Shown one piece after another: positions 12,301 through 24,591 of a stretch of 64,000 bases of DNA (position 1 is the stretch's first letter; every line of letters starts with the position of its first letter). This DNA comes from Haliotis rubra (taxonomy: Eukaryota), in the NCBI RefSeq assembly GCF_003918875.1, contig NW_025766203.1, positions 1,426,001-1,490,000 on the forward strand. Reading direction: 5' to 3'. The notes beneath the pieces were generated by a model. The model was not told the origin of the DNA. It saw only the letters and a list, made by a program, of their open reading frames with translations, and did not search any database. The translations under genes and the position numbers were made by a program.

Positions 12301-14750
12301 AACGCTTCATCGTTGGCATATCTCGTGACAAGTACACAATAACATAACCACAACGCCTTTGATGTCTGCGTAATGGCAGACACCCCTTGGCACCTTCGTG
12401 TCGTTATCAGAGATTCCCACCCATGTCTGGAGATGTTCTGTATGTAATACTATAAGGGGCATTGTCGCATTCTTGTGTTTTCGCACTCATGGCTTTTATA
12501 AACATTAAACAAATGAAAGTTGTTTGAAGACGTGTTTTTGTCCTGTTTTCGCACATCCTACGTTTTGACTGTTTACGGCAAGTCGACAACGTGATGACGT
12601 AAGAACGTGAGAACGCGACGTTGTCCCTTACAGTATTCCATATTTCTTGGAACAGAGATGCCTGAGATTGGAGAACGTTTTTAGATAAATGTGTTTATCA
12701 TCAAATTTCTGTTCTTTTATCTTCAAAAGACATAAACCATCCAGATGAATTAACTTTGAGGTGTGAGTGTGTAATTGTCTTTGGTAATGGTGTAAACATC
12801 CCATCTGGTCATGCAGCAGATTACAACCGATGTTTAATAGTCTTCAATAAAGAGATACCTCCCACTTTTCTTATTCCTGCTATCTTAAAAGTGTATACAC
12901 TTTTCCCAGTAGCATATCCCTCTCTTAGGGTCAAGCGCAGCTAAGTTACCTTGACAGAATGTACCCAATTGGCATGTCAGGATCCTGTTATCGTGGGTTC
13001 GAATCCCATAGTTTTTCTTATGGTCTCTGGATTGTTTGTTATATCCGTGATGTTCTTAATTTCAACACAGTGGTGAATATGAACACATTCTTCGGCTTAC
13101 CCTTTCTCACTATCATAACGCATTGTTATATATTTATAATTCCTTTCAAAGCAGGGTTAAATCGAACTGACTCTCCGTCGCCATGTTTTCTTTGCACGTA
13201 ATAATGAGAAATCGCAGAATTAAAGGTTAGAATTATCAAAATATCAATGACACGTGCACACAACAAGAACATGGTCGTTTGTTGGAGCGTTGATGGCAAT
13301 GAAGGTTCCAGCTTTTCCCATACATTAACAAACCTTCCTGTTCAAGTTATTTTCTTTAATTCTGTTAACGTGTGCCAAGGCAACATATAAATTGATTGTG
13401 TGTGATTTTATGCCGTACCTAGCAATAATCCGCCCATAGCACACCGCTTCACAATGTTGGTAATTAATTCCGGAACATGCAAACTAGTGATTCATACTCC
13501 CACAATTGATCCACACTTTGAGGCTTCGATGCCTCTTAATGTTTTCTGGTCAAGCCGCTCACCAATCATACTCATCGTTCAGTTATATTGGTGAACCAAT
13601 TCTCATTTACACAATTTAGCAGAGCCTTTTTTGTAAGAAAGCTATTTATATCCTGGAATTACAACATCGAAAACACAGGTTGAAACCAATTATCTCTGAG
13701 TCATGTTCTTGTAGCGGAAATATCGGTGTTATTAAAATTATGTAATAGCAGGACATTGATCAATAAAAGCAGTCTGAACGTAAATTTTATACACACATAT
13801 ATATTGTAAATATGTAATAGAGGAACGAGGCTTCTATCAAGAAAGTGTATATTAACAAAGATAAGAGCATTTAATTTGTTTATAGATTGAAGCTGTAGTT
13901 TACGTAGTGGGCCAGTCATGTAAGTCGTTTTGGTAGTCCCATGTAACTTTAATTGTTACAACAATACTTACCAATATTTGGTTCCCGGTGATGCATAACT
14001 GATTGTGCAATTTCTTATGCAGATCATGCATCATTTTTATCATCTTAAAACTGTTTTCTGAATACACATATACGTACAGGAACATTCCGATACAACCTAT
14101 ATTCACAACACGCACGAACAATTTACACATCCCCTCGAGTGTTTAGCCCAAATATGAACAAACACAGCTCCAATGCCAGAAAATGCAATCCGGCCCATTA
14201 CGCCATACTGGCAACTTGTGTCTCCCGTACAGCGGAGGAGGCCCCACAGAAAGGTGATTTGCAATATGTCTGATTGAGGATAATTGGCCTTCAAGAACGT
14301 GCCGAGAATGTGAGCGTTTGACGTGCAGGCTCGGCATAATTGCTTGTGCAACCTCTGTTGATGGATGAATCCAAGCTCAGGAACTGAAACTTTAAGGTGT
14401 CATTATACCGACAGGCAATCCCTGTAGGATTTGGTGTAGAGAGTGTGGACAAATTGGAGTATACCTCAAGTATTTCTCAGCTGTAATATGTAAGTATTTA
14501 TATATATGTATGGCACTAGGTCAGGAGTGTTTGGATGTGCCAACGATCGTGTCCATATATATGTAGACCATAGGCGTTTCATTAGATGTCGTTATGTGGG
14601 TTTGGCCGTTTCATATCTTAGAATGCATCCCACCAATGCTGATATCATGCTGAATTTTAAAAATATAGGTTGACTTTATCTGTACCTGTTCGCTTTATGC
14701 GATGTTAGCTATAACATCAACATTAGCATCGGTTATGGAGCAACTGCATT
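9400..14750. repeat. Segmental duplication, copy 2
   Basis: Colinear with 280-7450 but lacks the LINE/MITE inserts of copy 1; similarity ends at catcggttatggagca (about 7440 vs 14740). Confidence 0.92.
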
Positions 14751-15606
14751 CGATGAACGTCATTTAATGCAATACTGAGCTTCACTGACATTGACATTGG
14801 CTTATCTAAGCCCTCGTGGGTGTGGTGCTTGCAAGTCAAGATGGTAATTGGATGGAATCTTGGATGAGATCAAACTGTGAATCACGGGAAAGAACACAAC
14901 GAACAGTTTGACATCTTAGAGCAATTGCGCAACCATGCCCATTTCATGTTGACGGGATAATTTCATATAAACAATGCTAGTAAATATTCAAATTACAGAT
15001 AACAAAATGTCAGATGGTTTTCAGTCATCACATGGTGATCTTTTAGTTTGTGAGATGTGTTGTTTATATGCTACATGAACTTTAAAACTTTTACAGGCAA
15101 CGCCAAACTGTCATCATCTCGGCTGGGGTGCTTCGACAATAATGTCAAGTGGTGCATGGGACAACAAATCATAAATTCCTATTTGAACTAAAATGTAGTT
15201 TGAAATAAAACGATTTTCCCGACAGAGAGTAGTATATCATCAGTGGCATAACAGATGCTGATGAAATCTTTAGTAGGATATGTGCACATAAAAATGATAA
15301 AGAGAAGTAATTTGTACATAAAAGCTTAATTTCCCTATTTCGATGTGCATTTTAACCTGTTCTTCCACGTCGCTGAGAGATTTGATTTATGAAATCTATA
15401 GCTCAAAATGCGTGGGCGTATTTCAGTTATTAGGAATATCACATTTTAACAACCGTAAATGTTGACCTGGGCGGCAAATGCTGCATTTTGTAACGATTGC
15501 TGTATGATTAATTGCCCTTATATCTTGACAGCAAAATGACATGCATTATCTACAGAAAAAAGTAAATACCAGCATATCAGCTGACTGCACAGAATACTCG
15601 GATCTT

Positions 15607-15775
15607 GTTGGTTTGTTGTTTTATACCTCCCTCAGCATAAGAATCGATACACACGATTGGGATACGATGACATGTGTCAACCAAGTCAGCGAGCCTGTCC
15701 ACCCGATCCCGTTAGTCGCTTCTTACAAGTATGGGTTGCTGGAGACCATTTCTAACCATGGTATTGACGGGTCCC
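15607..15775 (-). mobile_element. SINE-like family A, internally deleted
   Basis: gatgacatgtgtcaaccaagtcagcgagcc...gttagtcgc...gacgggtcccc. Confidence 0.75.
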
Positions 15776-16012
15776 CGGAGTCAGAATCTGGGTCACTCCG
15801 ATCCTGAACAATCACCAGTATAGCAAACTGAGGTCAGCATTATGGCATAACGGCTGACAGGATTGCATACCTTAGTTGCTAGGATCCGCTCACCGTTGTA
15901 TTTCAGGTGTGTCCTTTATGATCCTTGGTTTGTAGTCGTTATGCCCGACTCACACATTTAACAAAGACGATGAATGTTTACGTGTTGAATCATTTGGGTT
16001 ATATTCCAATAT

Positions 16013-16911
16013 CCCAGCTAACAATTTTACGTTGTCACAACGTTCTGCTTTCGTTGTTGCAACGTTATTCTGTGGATTCACATTTACGTTGTCACATCGT
16101 TGTGGCCTGACATTGTGATACGTCATTTTTACGTCGCCACAAGGTAACGTTATGTGATGCTAACGTATTTACGTTGTCTTAACGCTTTATGTAACGTAAA
16201 TAGTTGAATAGTTGTCCCAGCAGTGAACAGTACATAAGAAACAAAGTAAACTTTCACTTCAATATTTATTCGTCAATTTGCACGTTGTTTTGGTCGTATA
16301 TTTTCTGAAGCTGTATCTGAATAGTGAAGAAAGAATCTCAAAGTGAAAAGTTTACAGAAAAATCTATCGTGACAAGTTGTGAGGTGAGGTGAGGTGAAAT
16401 TGGGTTTCACGTCGTGCTTGAGAATATTTCGCTCATATGACGACGTGCATGCGTGTGTATGTGTAGGTGCGGCTGCTTGTACTAACCCAGACTTAAGCTG
16501 GTTTTATAGTGCTAGCCCACTGAGATACCATGCCGCAGTGAAGCATGAATACCCCACTCAGACACATTATACTGACTCCGAGCCGACCAGTCCTTGTTGT
16601 TCCCATTAATGCCGAGCGCCAGGCAGGGACCAACAAGTACCATATTTTAACGTCTTTCGGTATGACGCGGTCGGGGGTTGAACCCGCGACCTTCCGCTCT
16701 CCGGGCGGACGCTCTAACCACTACACCACGGAGGCGGTCCGTGACAAGTTGTATGAAACGTTGTTATAACGTTTCGAGGAGCCCAAAGTATAACGTTTCC
16801 TCAACGTAAAGTTGCACCGTTGTTATCACGTTGTGACATAACGTTAAAAACATACGTAATACTAACGTTGTGTCATGACGTTATCAATCTAAAACGTTGT
16901 GTGTTGCTGGG
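16013..16911. mobile_element. EnSpm/CACTA-like non-autonomous element interrupted by SINE C
   Basis: Termini cccagctaac / gttgctggg, 2-bp AT duplication, many subterminal acgttgtcacaacgtt-type repeats on both arms. Confidence 0.7.
16381..16739 (-). mobile_element. tRNA-derived SINE family C (~360 bp, V-SINE/RUDI-like by recollection), 13-bp TSD
   Basis: tRNA-like head, (CTCAC)n tail, TSD cgtgacaagttgt at 16368-16380 and 16740-16752. Confidence 0.92.
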
Positions 16912-17280
16912 ATGAAGCCAACAAGCTGTTATGCTTGTGGATGCTCGCAGTCACACCAGGAATTACTACATATCACAGCGTGAACAAGTACACTGATTAT
17001 TAAGTTTCACATTATTTATGTGTATTTATAATCATTAACAACTAGTTTTGGTAATCTATAGTCAACAATGCAGGGAACAATATCGTTACCAGGTAACACC
17101 TAAAGCCTAAGCTGAAAATATTGCTCCAACCCAGCAGATGAACCTGGAATGACACGGCCACAGTTACCGACAGTGTCTGTTGTACTTCCTGCAGGTTTAA
17201 CCGATATAATTGGATCTAAACATGTACCTCTCTAGATATATAATCGACATTCATAAAAACAATCTCTGTTTGAGTTTTGA

Positions 17281-17431
17281 GGGCGGTGGGGTAGCCTAGT
17301 GGTGTAAGCGTCACGCAGAAGACACGGGTTCGATTCCCAACATGGGTACAATGTGTGAAACCCATTTCTGGTGCCCCCGCCGTGATATTGCTGGAATATT
17401 GCTAAAAGCGGCGTAAAACTAAACTCACTTA
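17281..17431 (+). mobile_element. tRNA-derived SINE family B
   Basis: A-box tagcctagtgg, B-box ggttcgattcc, tail ggaatattgctaaaagcggcgtaaaactaaactcact. Confidence 0.9.
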
Positions 17432-18599
17432 CACTGTTTGAGTTTAGATCTTCTGTTTTTGTTTGCCTCTGAGAAATGTGTTTAAAATCAAATGTATTTG
17501 CGAGATGATCGATATAATTGTGTTCAAGAACTTTAAATTGGTTGTCTCATACTGTTTCCCCATAACCAATCCAATTACAGTTATTAGAGATATAAATGGT
17601 AATGAATATTTACGCAATGGAGTCAGAACCCCTATTACCTCTGATAATAAACTTCACCGTAGAGCTCTCAACAAACATACCACTAACTAAAACTTCATGT
17701 CATGTGACTTTGTCTGTGTCACGTGATACAAAAGTAGACGCATTCCTGCTTGATTGACGTCCGTGAATGACCCGCAGCCTGCGAGAGAGGAGAGTCAATC
17801 CTGGCTTTAATCATTATAAGCCTGCCAGCATTGCACTCCCGGGATGCCATCCGTTATATGCAATATGCGAGAGCTGGTATATTACATTTAGTGAGATGAA
17901 CTGGACGGAATCACCCCATGCTGTGAGTATGATCTGTTTGACATTCAGAAACCTTGTAAACTTTACCAGCTGTTATTTGTTGAGGATGGCAAGAAGCAAC
18001 AGTCACGCTTGACGGACCGTTTCCTTCGGAAATGCTGCGTCTCTCATGCATGCCGTAAGAATCGATGTCGTCTTGTCATTTCCAGGTAAAATGTATGTAT
18101 ATTGCATAGAGGGCGAGCACCTGGGCTCGAATGAGCATACGTAGTGTTTTAATGTTTCTACAGTGCAATCAGGCAAGCGAAACCAGTGTATGAATGCGTC
18201 ATCAGTGAGGTATATATCTAATATGGTATTTTTAGTATTGATTCATTTTTCCTGTATCATGTGCCATACTATTTGCCAAAACACAGGACTCAGTCTCGTG
18301 TAAACAAATGACATAAAAGTATCATTGGCTTCATCAGGAATCAGATGGCGTGTAAGTATGTTCGTAAATATTTGACAATAATCTTTTTTTATAAAAGTGC
18401 ATATTTTAAAACACTATGAAGTTTCTTCAAAACAATTACATAGTAATAACGCCTTCCAATTTTTTTTTATAAACAGCCTATTTAATTTTGGGCGACTTTA
18501 TAGTTTTAGTTTCATCGAAACATCAAAATAGTAATAACTCCTGGCTAAATATTCATAAATTGCATTTTAAATCTTGAACGACGTAATAGATTGACGTAA

Positions 18600-18950
18600 T
18601 AATTTGCATTCAAACCTTTGCTACTATACGAACGATGATAATCTACAAACTGTTCCCATAACTACAATCTTATGCAATATGCATCTGTTGGATATATCTA
18701 TTGCTCAGGATTATTCCAGGCCGTTTATTGTGGTAGACACCAACAAGACCAACAATCTCTACGCTCTGCCGAAGATATTCAATACTCTCCATCACGCAAT
18801 GTGATGAAGTTAGTCCCCTCCATCCCAAACAAAACACTCCCTTATGGAAGTGGCCCAACGAACCAATAGAAACAGTGTTGACAGAGTAAAACGATATGTG
18901 CATACCATGTTTCAGATATATGAATGATGTGTCCAATCAATATGGCCCTG
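18600..18950 (+). pseudogene. Highly decayed Penelope-like RT fragment
   Basis: NLYALPKIF followed, across frameshifts, by GSGPT, VD..KRYV and RYMNDVS, in the order of the PLE RT motifs FYxLPKIHK, GxGxPT, VDxxLKPxV, SYIxDT. Confidence 0.45.
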
Positions 18951-19689
18951 TTACACGATCAGTAGATTGTATAGAACATGTCAATCGCACACAAATACTG
19001 GACACAAATCATATTAAGTCATCCAGATCTAGTTTACATCCATTGTGTAAAACGCAATGAAGTATGCATACCATTTTGTCTTGTAACAGTCAAGGAAACA
19101 ATTCAATCTAAAAAGCATTATTTCATGAGCGAGATCGTCTCCACATGATATGGCGACACTTAACGGTACCTGGATATTGTGATATATGACAACAGTTGAA
19201 GTGCCAGTTGTGTAACGTAATCCTGCTATAGGCACTGCCTCTATTCACTATTCTCAAACGCTAGGCGCTATGCTGTTTTCCTACTGTGTAGCATTAAATA
19301 TAGATGCACGTGTTCAGTTTGTTTGGGGCTAACGAGTCCATGTGGAACTTGCTTCTGTAGATTGTCCTCGTTTTTGCTCCCTTCTGATGTGTAGAGCCAG
19401 AGTTGCATGGCCTCGGTCGGAGCACAGACTTTTTTGTTCTTTGGAATATACAGGTGTAGACATGACTATTTGGCGATTTTGATATTCTGTCGGATCGTTA
19501 TTTACAGAGAGCCAAACCATTTGGCTTCTAAACACGTCGTTTTTGTAAATATCGACTTCATGCTTCCACGTTTGGAATGTCCAAGGAATGACAAGGATCG
19601 TTTGACAATTTGTATCTCTCAAACCGTGGTCTTCAACTTGAGAGACAGTCTCCAACCAATTGGCTACCCAGCTCATTTTTACCTATATA

Positions 19690-19816
19690 TACTGAGAGAA
19701 ACAAATAAAGGATCACAGGAAACTGCAAGCGTTTCCAGTTTTCTGAATGGCACTGTGGTGAAAAGTGGAAAATAATAAAGGAATTTCCTGTAATCTTTTA
19801 TTTGTTTCTCTCAGTA
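19690..19816. mobile_element. Tc1/mariner-type MITE
   Basis: TIR tactgagagaaacaaataaa / tttatttgtttctctcagta, TA flanks. Confidence 0.85.
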
Positions 19817-20640
19817 TATTACATATTGTGTCATGGTATATACTAAAAGGCCATTAGGGTAGGCCTCAACGTTTATATTCGTTCTAAACCACAAGATCGA
19901 TTGCTGCAATTGATGGTATGTCTGGAGCAATTTCTGGTTTCTGCTAACGCGATATTGCTGGGATATCTCAACACTAGTTAAAACTATATTTACTAATTAA
20001 TTGGGTTGCTTTGAATGAACTAAATCATTATGTTTCCGTTCCAATCTATGTTATAATTCGAAATTGGTTCTTCTTTTCATCATAGCCAGTCTGGAAGATG
20101 TCAGATAATGACATTTTGAGGAATCTTCAAACAATACCATAAAAAATAGTGATATAATATCATTACCCGATTTCTTAATTTCCACAAGCATAAATAAAAA
20201 GTTCGGAACTGATTATGAGGAACTGAAGATAACCAGAACATTCATATTGATCTCTTGACACTATCCAATGCAATTTGACGCCAATCCCATTTCCAATGAA
20301 TACACGCGTATTATCGCTCCCTTGGGACGTGGATCCAGTCCTTATTACAGCTGTTTTCAGAGTGATGCTGTAAATTTTATGAATAATAAATGCATAATAT
20401 ATTTTCGTTGGGTAATTTAGAATTGATTTATCTTTCCGGTTTTAGTACCGTGAAATGACTTGAAGGTAATCTCTAAAGTTTGATTACTTTTAGCCTTGAA
20501 CTCTTGGCAGCAAGTAACTTTTGGTATGTTTGGAATACGATTTCTCTTTCGAAGCAATTTCGATCCTTGATGTGAATCACAGGATTGTCTAGTCCACACC
20601 GCTGTCACTTAGCAGGCATGCTGCTGAGTGCGATGTGAAA

Positions 20641-20887
20641 GAGTGAGTTGAGTGAGTGAGTGAGTTATGTTTTACGCTGCACTCAGCAATATTCCAGCTT
20701 TATGGCGGCGGTCTGTAAATAATCGAGTCTGGACCAGACAATCCAGTGATCAACAGCATGAGCATCGATCTGCGCAACTGGGAACCGATGACATGTCAAC
20801 CAAGTCAGCGACCTGATCACGTTAGTCGCCTCTTACGACAAGCATGGGTAACTGAAGATCAATATTCTATCCCTGACCTTCACGGGT
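20641..20887 (-). mobile_element. SINE-like family A
   Basis: Full-length match with (GAGT)n tail. Confidence 0.9.
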
Positions 20888-21344
20888 GCGGTGTGAAAGA
20901 ACAAATAAACAATACAATCGACGGAGAGATAAATTATAAACTAATATGCCAATTTACTGTATTGTCATATAGGTGCAGAGTTGCTGAATGCAGCCTTAGA
21001 CAAAACAATTTCAACAAACAAATCGAATCAATTTGGTAACAGTAACGTGAAACTATAACCAATATACGAGTTGTTTGTACAGTACTTAATCCTTTTTTGT
21101 TACGTGTTTAACGCAGGAGTTCATCTGAATATTCCTTTTTAATTGACTGAAAACGTCCTATAATGCTAAAAATGTCTGTTTTGACACCACAGTTGCATTG
21201 TCGCAGTTGCATTGTCACAACGGCGTTCTTGAGTTTTCCAAAATGTTCATTGATATGTGTTTCTCGAATAGAGCATCTTGTTGATCTGCTTTGCACACAC
21301 TTTGACGTTTATTACAGCAGATTCCCAGACACATTGTTGATCTA

Positions 21345-23470
21345 GTTTGCTATATTGTGTATGCTGTCGTGGACAGCCTCGTGATGATCGTGTGAGCAGT
21401 GCCTTTCTTAGAACACATTGTGTATTCTGTTGTGAACAGTCTCATGATGATCGTGTAAGCAGTGCCTTTCCTAGAACACATTGTGTATTCTGTTGTGAAC
21501 AGTCTCATGATGATCGTGTAAGCAAAGCCTTTCCTGGAACACATTATGTATTCTGTTGTGGACAGTCTCATGATGATCGTGTAAGCAATGCTTTTCCTAG
21601 AACACATTGTGTATTCTGTTGTGGACAGTCTCATGATGATCGTTCCTAGCAATGTGTATTTTGTGGACTAGAACACATTATGTATTCTGTTGTGGACAGT
21701 CTCATGATGATCGTATAAGCAATGCCTTTCCTAGAACACATTGTGTGGATTCTGTTGTGGTGTAAGCAGTCTCATTGTGTATTCTGATGACCGTGTAAGC
21801 AAAGCCTTTCCTGGAACACATTGTGTATTCTGTTGTGAACAGTCTCATGATGATCGTGTAAGCAATTACTTTCCTAGAACACATTGTGTATTCTGTTGTG
21901 GACAGTCTCATGATGATCGTGTAAGCAATTACTTTCCTAGAACACATTACGTATTCTGTTGTGGACAGTCTCATGATGATCGTGTAAGCAATGCCTTTCC
22001 TAGAACACATTGTGTATTCTGTTGTGGGCAGTCTCATGATGATCGTGTAAGCAATGCCTTTCCCTAGAACACATTGTGTATTCTGTTGTGGACAGTCTCA
22101 TGATGATCGTGTAAGCAATGCCTTTCCTAGAACACATTGTGTATGTATTCTGTTGTGGACAGTCTCATGATGATCGTGATAAGCAATGCCTTTCCTAGAA
22201 CACATTGTGTATTCTGTTGTGGACAGTCTCATGATGATCGTATAAGCAATGCCTTTCCTAGAACACATTGTGTATTCTGTTGTGGACAGTCTCATGATGA
22301 TCGTGTAAGCAATGCCTTTCCTAGAACACATTGTGTATTCTGTTGTGGACAGTCTCATGATGATCGTGTAAGCAATGCCTTTCCTAGAACACATTATGTA
22401 TTCTGTTGTGGACAGTCTGTTGTGGACATGATGATCGTGTAAGCAATGCCTTTCCTAGAACATTGAACACATTGATCGTATTCCTAGAACACATTGTGTA
22501 TTCTGTCTCACAGTGATCTGATCGTGTAAGCAATGCCTTTCCTAGAACACATTGTGTATTCTGTTGTGGACAGTCTCATGATGATCGTGTAAGCAATGCC
22601 TTTCCTAGAACACATTTGTGTATTCTGTTGTGGACAGTCTCATGATGATCGTGTAAGCAATGCCTTTCCTAGAACACATTATGTATTCTGTTGTGGACAG
22701 TCTCATGATGATCGTGTAAGCAAAGCCTTTCCTAGAACACATTGTGTATTCTGTTGTGGACAGTCTCATGATGATCGTGTAAGCAATGCCTTTCCTAGAA
22801 CACATTGTGTATTCTGTTGTGGACAGTCTCATGATGATCGTGTAAGCAATGCCTTTCCTAGAACACATTGTGTATTCTGTTGTGGACAGTCTCATGATGA
22901 TCGTATAAGCAGTGCCTTTCCTAGAAGCAGTGCCTTTCCCTGGAACACATTATGTATTCTGTTGTGGACAGTCTCATGATGATCGTGTAAGCAATGCCTT
23001 TCCCTAGAACACATTGTGTATTCTGTTGTGGACAGTCTCATGATGATCGTGTAAGCAATGCCTTTCCTAGAACACATTGTGTATTCTGTTGTGGACAGTC
23101 TCATGATGATCGTGTAAGCAATGCCTTTCCTAGAACACATTGTGTATTCTGTTGTGGACAGTCTCATGATGATCGTGTGAGCAGTGCCTTTCCTAGAACA
23201 CATTGTGTATTCTGTTGTGGACAGTCTCATGATGATCGTGTAAGCAATGCCTTTCCTAGAACACATTGTGTATTCTGTTGTGGACAGTCTCATGATGATC
23301 GTGTAAGCAATGCCTTTCCTAGAACACATTGTGTATTCTGTTGTGGACAGTCTCATGATGATCGTGTAAGCAGTGCCTTTCCTAGAACACATTGTGTATT
23401 CTGTTGTGGACAGTCCTCATGATGATCGTGTAAGCAATGCCTTTCCTAGAACACATTGTGTATTAGAACA
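21345..23470. repeat. 63-bp minisatellite, ~33 copies
   Basis: Unit tgtgtattctgttgtggacagtctcatgatgatcgtgtaagcaatgcctttcctagaacacat repeated head-to-tail; some units scrambled. Confidence 0.97.
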
Positions 23471-23675
23471 TAGGAGTTCATGACTGTTCATCATATATTT
23501 CCTGTTATAGATCATACATGTTATCTGTTTTGCAGACACTTTGCTGTTCGTAGCAGCCGTTTCGTGTGCGAGTAAGTGATGTTTATCGGTTTTATTGATG
23601 TGCGTTTTAGCTGTTACCTGTACAAGAACAATACGTTGGCTCGCGTTATCAGTAGCTGTCTTTCACACTTATAAT

Positions 23676-24029
23676 AGGTGAGGTGAAGTTGGGTTTAACA
23701 TCGTGCTTGAGAATATTTCGCTTATATGACGACGTGCATGCATGTGTATGTGTATGTGCGGCTGCTTGTATTAACCCAGATTTAAGCTGGTTTTTATAGT
23801 GCTAGCCCACTGAGATACCATGCTGCAGTGAAGCATGAATACCCCACTCAGACACATTATACTGACTCCGAGCCGACCAGTCCTTGTTGTACCCATTAAT
23901 GCCGAGCGCCATACAGGGACCAACAAGTACCATATTTTAACGTCTTTTGGTATGACGCAGCCGGGGATCGAACCCGCGACCTTCCGCTCTCCGGGCGGAC
24001 GCTGTTACCACTACACCACGGAGGTGGTC
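23676..24029 (-). mobile_element. SINE family C
   Basis: Near-identical to other C copies; TSD acacttata. Confidence 0.92.
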
Positions 24030-24118
24030 ACACTTATATTAAATGTCTTATGATAATGCACACGTAAAGGTCAACATAGTCATATAATATATTCACAACA
24101 TATATACCTATATATGTA

Positions 24119-24591
24119 CAGTTGCTGGCCATAAGTGAGTCATCATTAGTGAAATGTCCATAGACTTACATGTTAATTAACTGTTACAAGAATAATTTTC
24201 ATAAATTTAATAGAAGTCATTTCGTTTTGATATTTTGCAAACATCTTTGAAATCATCTTCAGCTACGTGTACATAATTTCCTTTCATCTTTCCGTTGATT
24301 AGTTATCGAGTGACACCTGATTAAGCACCATAGGTACATACAACTTTTAATCTATCCCATAGACAGCCATGTTAACACTGACTGGTATGTCTAATATGTG
24401 TTGTTTAAACATAGTAGCAGTTTTCTTAATAATCATCGGAAAATTGAATGGAAATTATGTGTACGCAGCTGAGATGATTTCCCAGCTGGTAGGTAAGCAC
24501 TAAAAGCAATTCGACCGAAACTACATTTATGAAAATTATTCTTGTAAGAGTTAATTAACATGTATGATGACTCACTTATTGCCAGCTACTG
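24119..24591. mobile_element. Fold-back Tc1/mariner-type MITE
   Basis: TIR cagttgctggccataagtgagtcatcat / atgatgactcacttattgccagctactg, TA flanks; inverted similarity continues deep into both arms. Confidence 0.88.

Noticed and set aside
16545-16769. Recurrent ORF MNTPLRHIILTPSRPV... (also 23835, 30711, 43963) and MINSMSID... ORFs
   Set aside because: They are antisense readings of multi-copy SINEs, not a gene family.
17690-18095. Possible promoter or first non-coding exon (E-box, CRE-like words, cag|gtaaaa)
   Set aside because: Short motifs of this kind are expected by chance and nothing links them to a gene.
21345-23470. CRISPR-like array (also 25845-26965 and 39570-40565)
   Set aside because: Units are head-to-tail with no unique spacers, there are no cas genes, and the context is eukaryotic.
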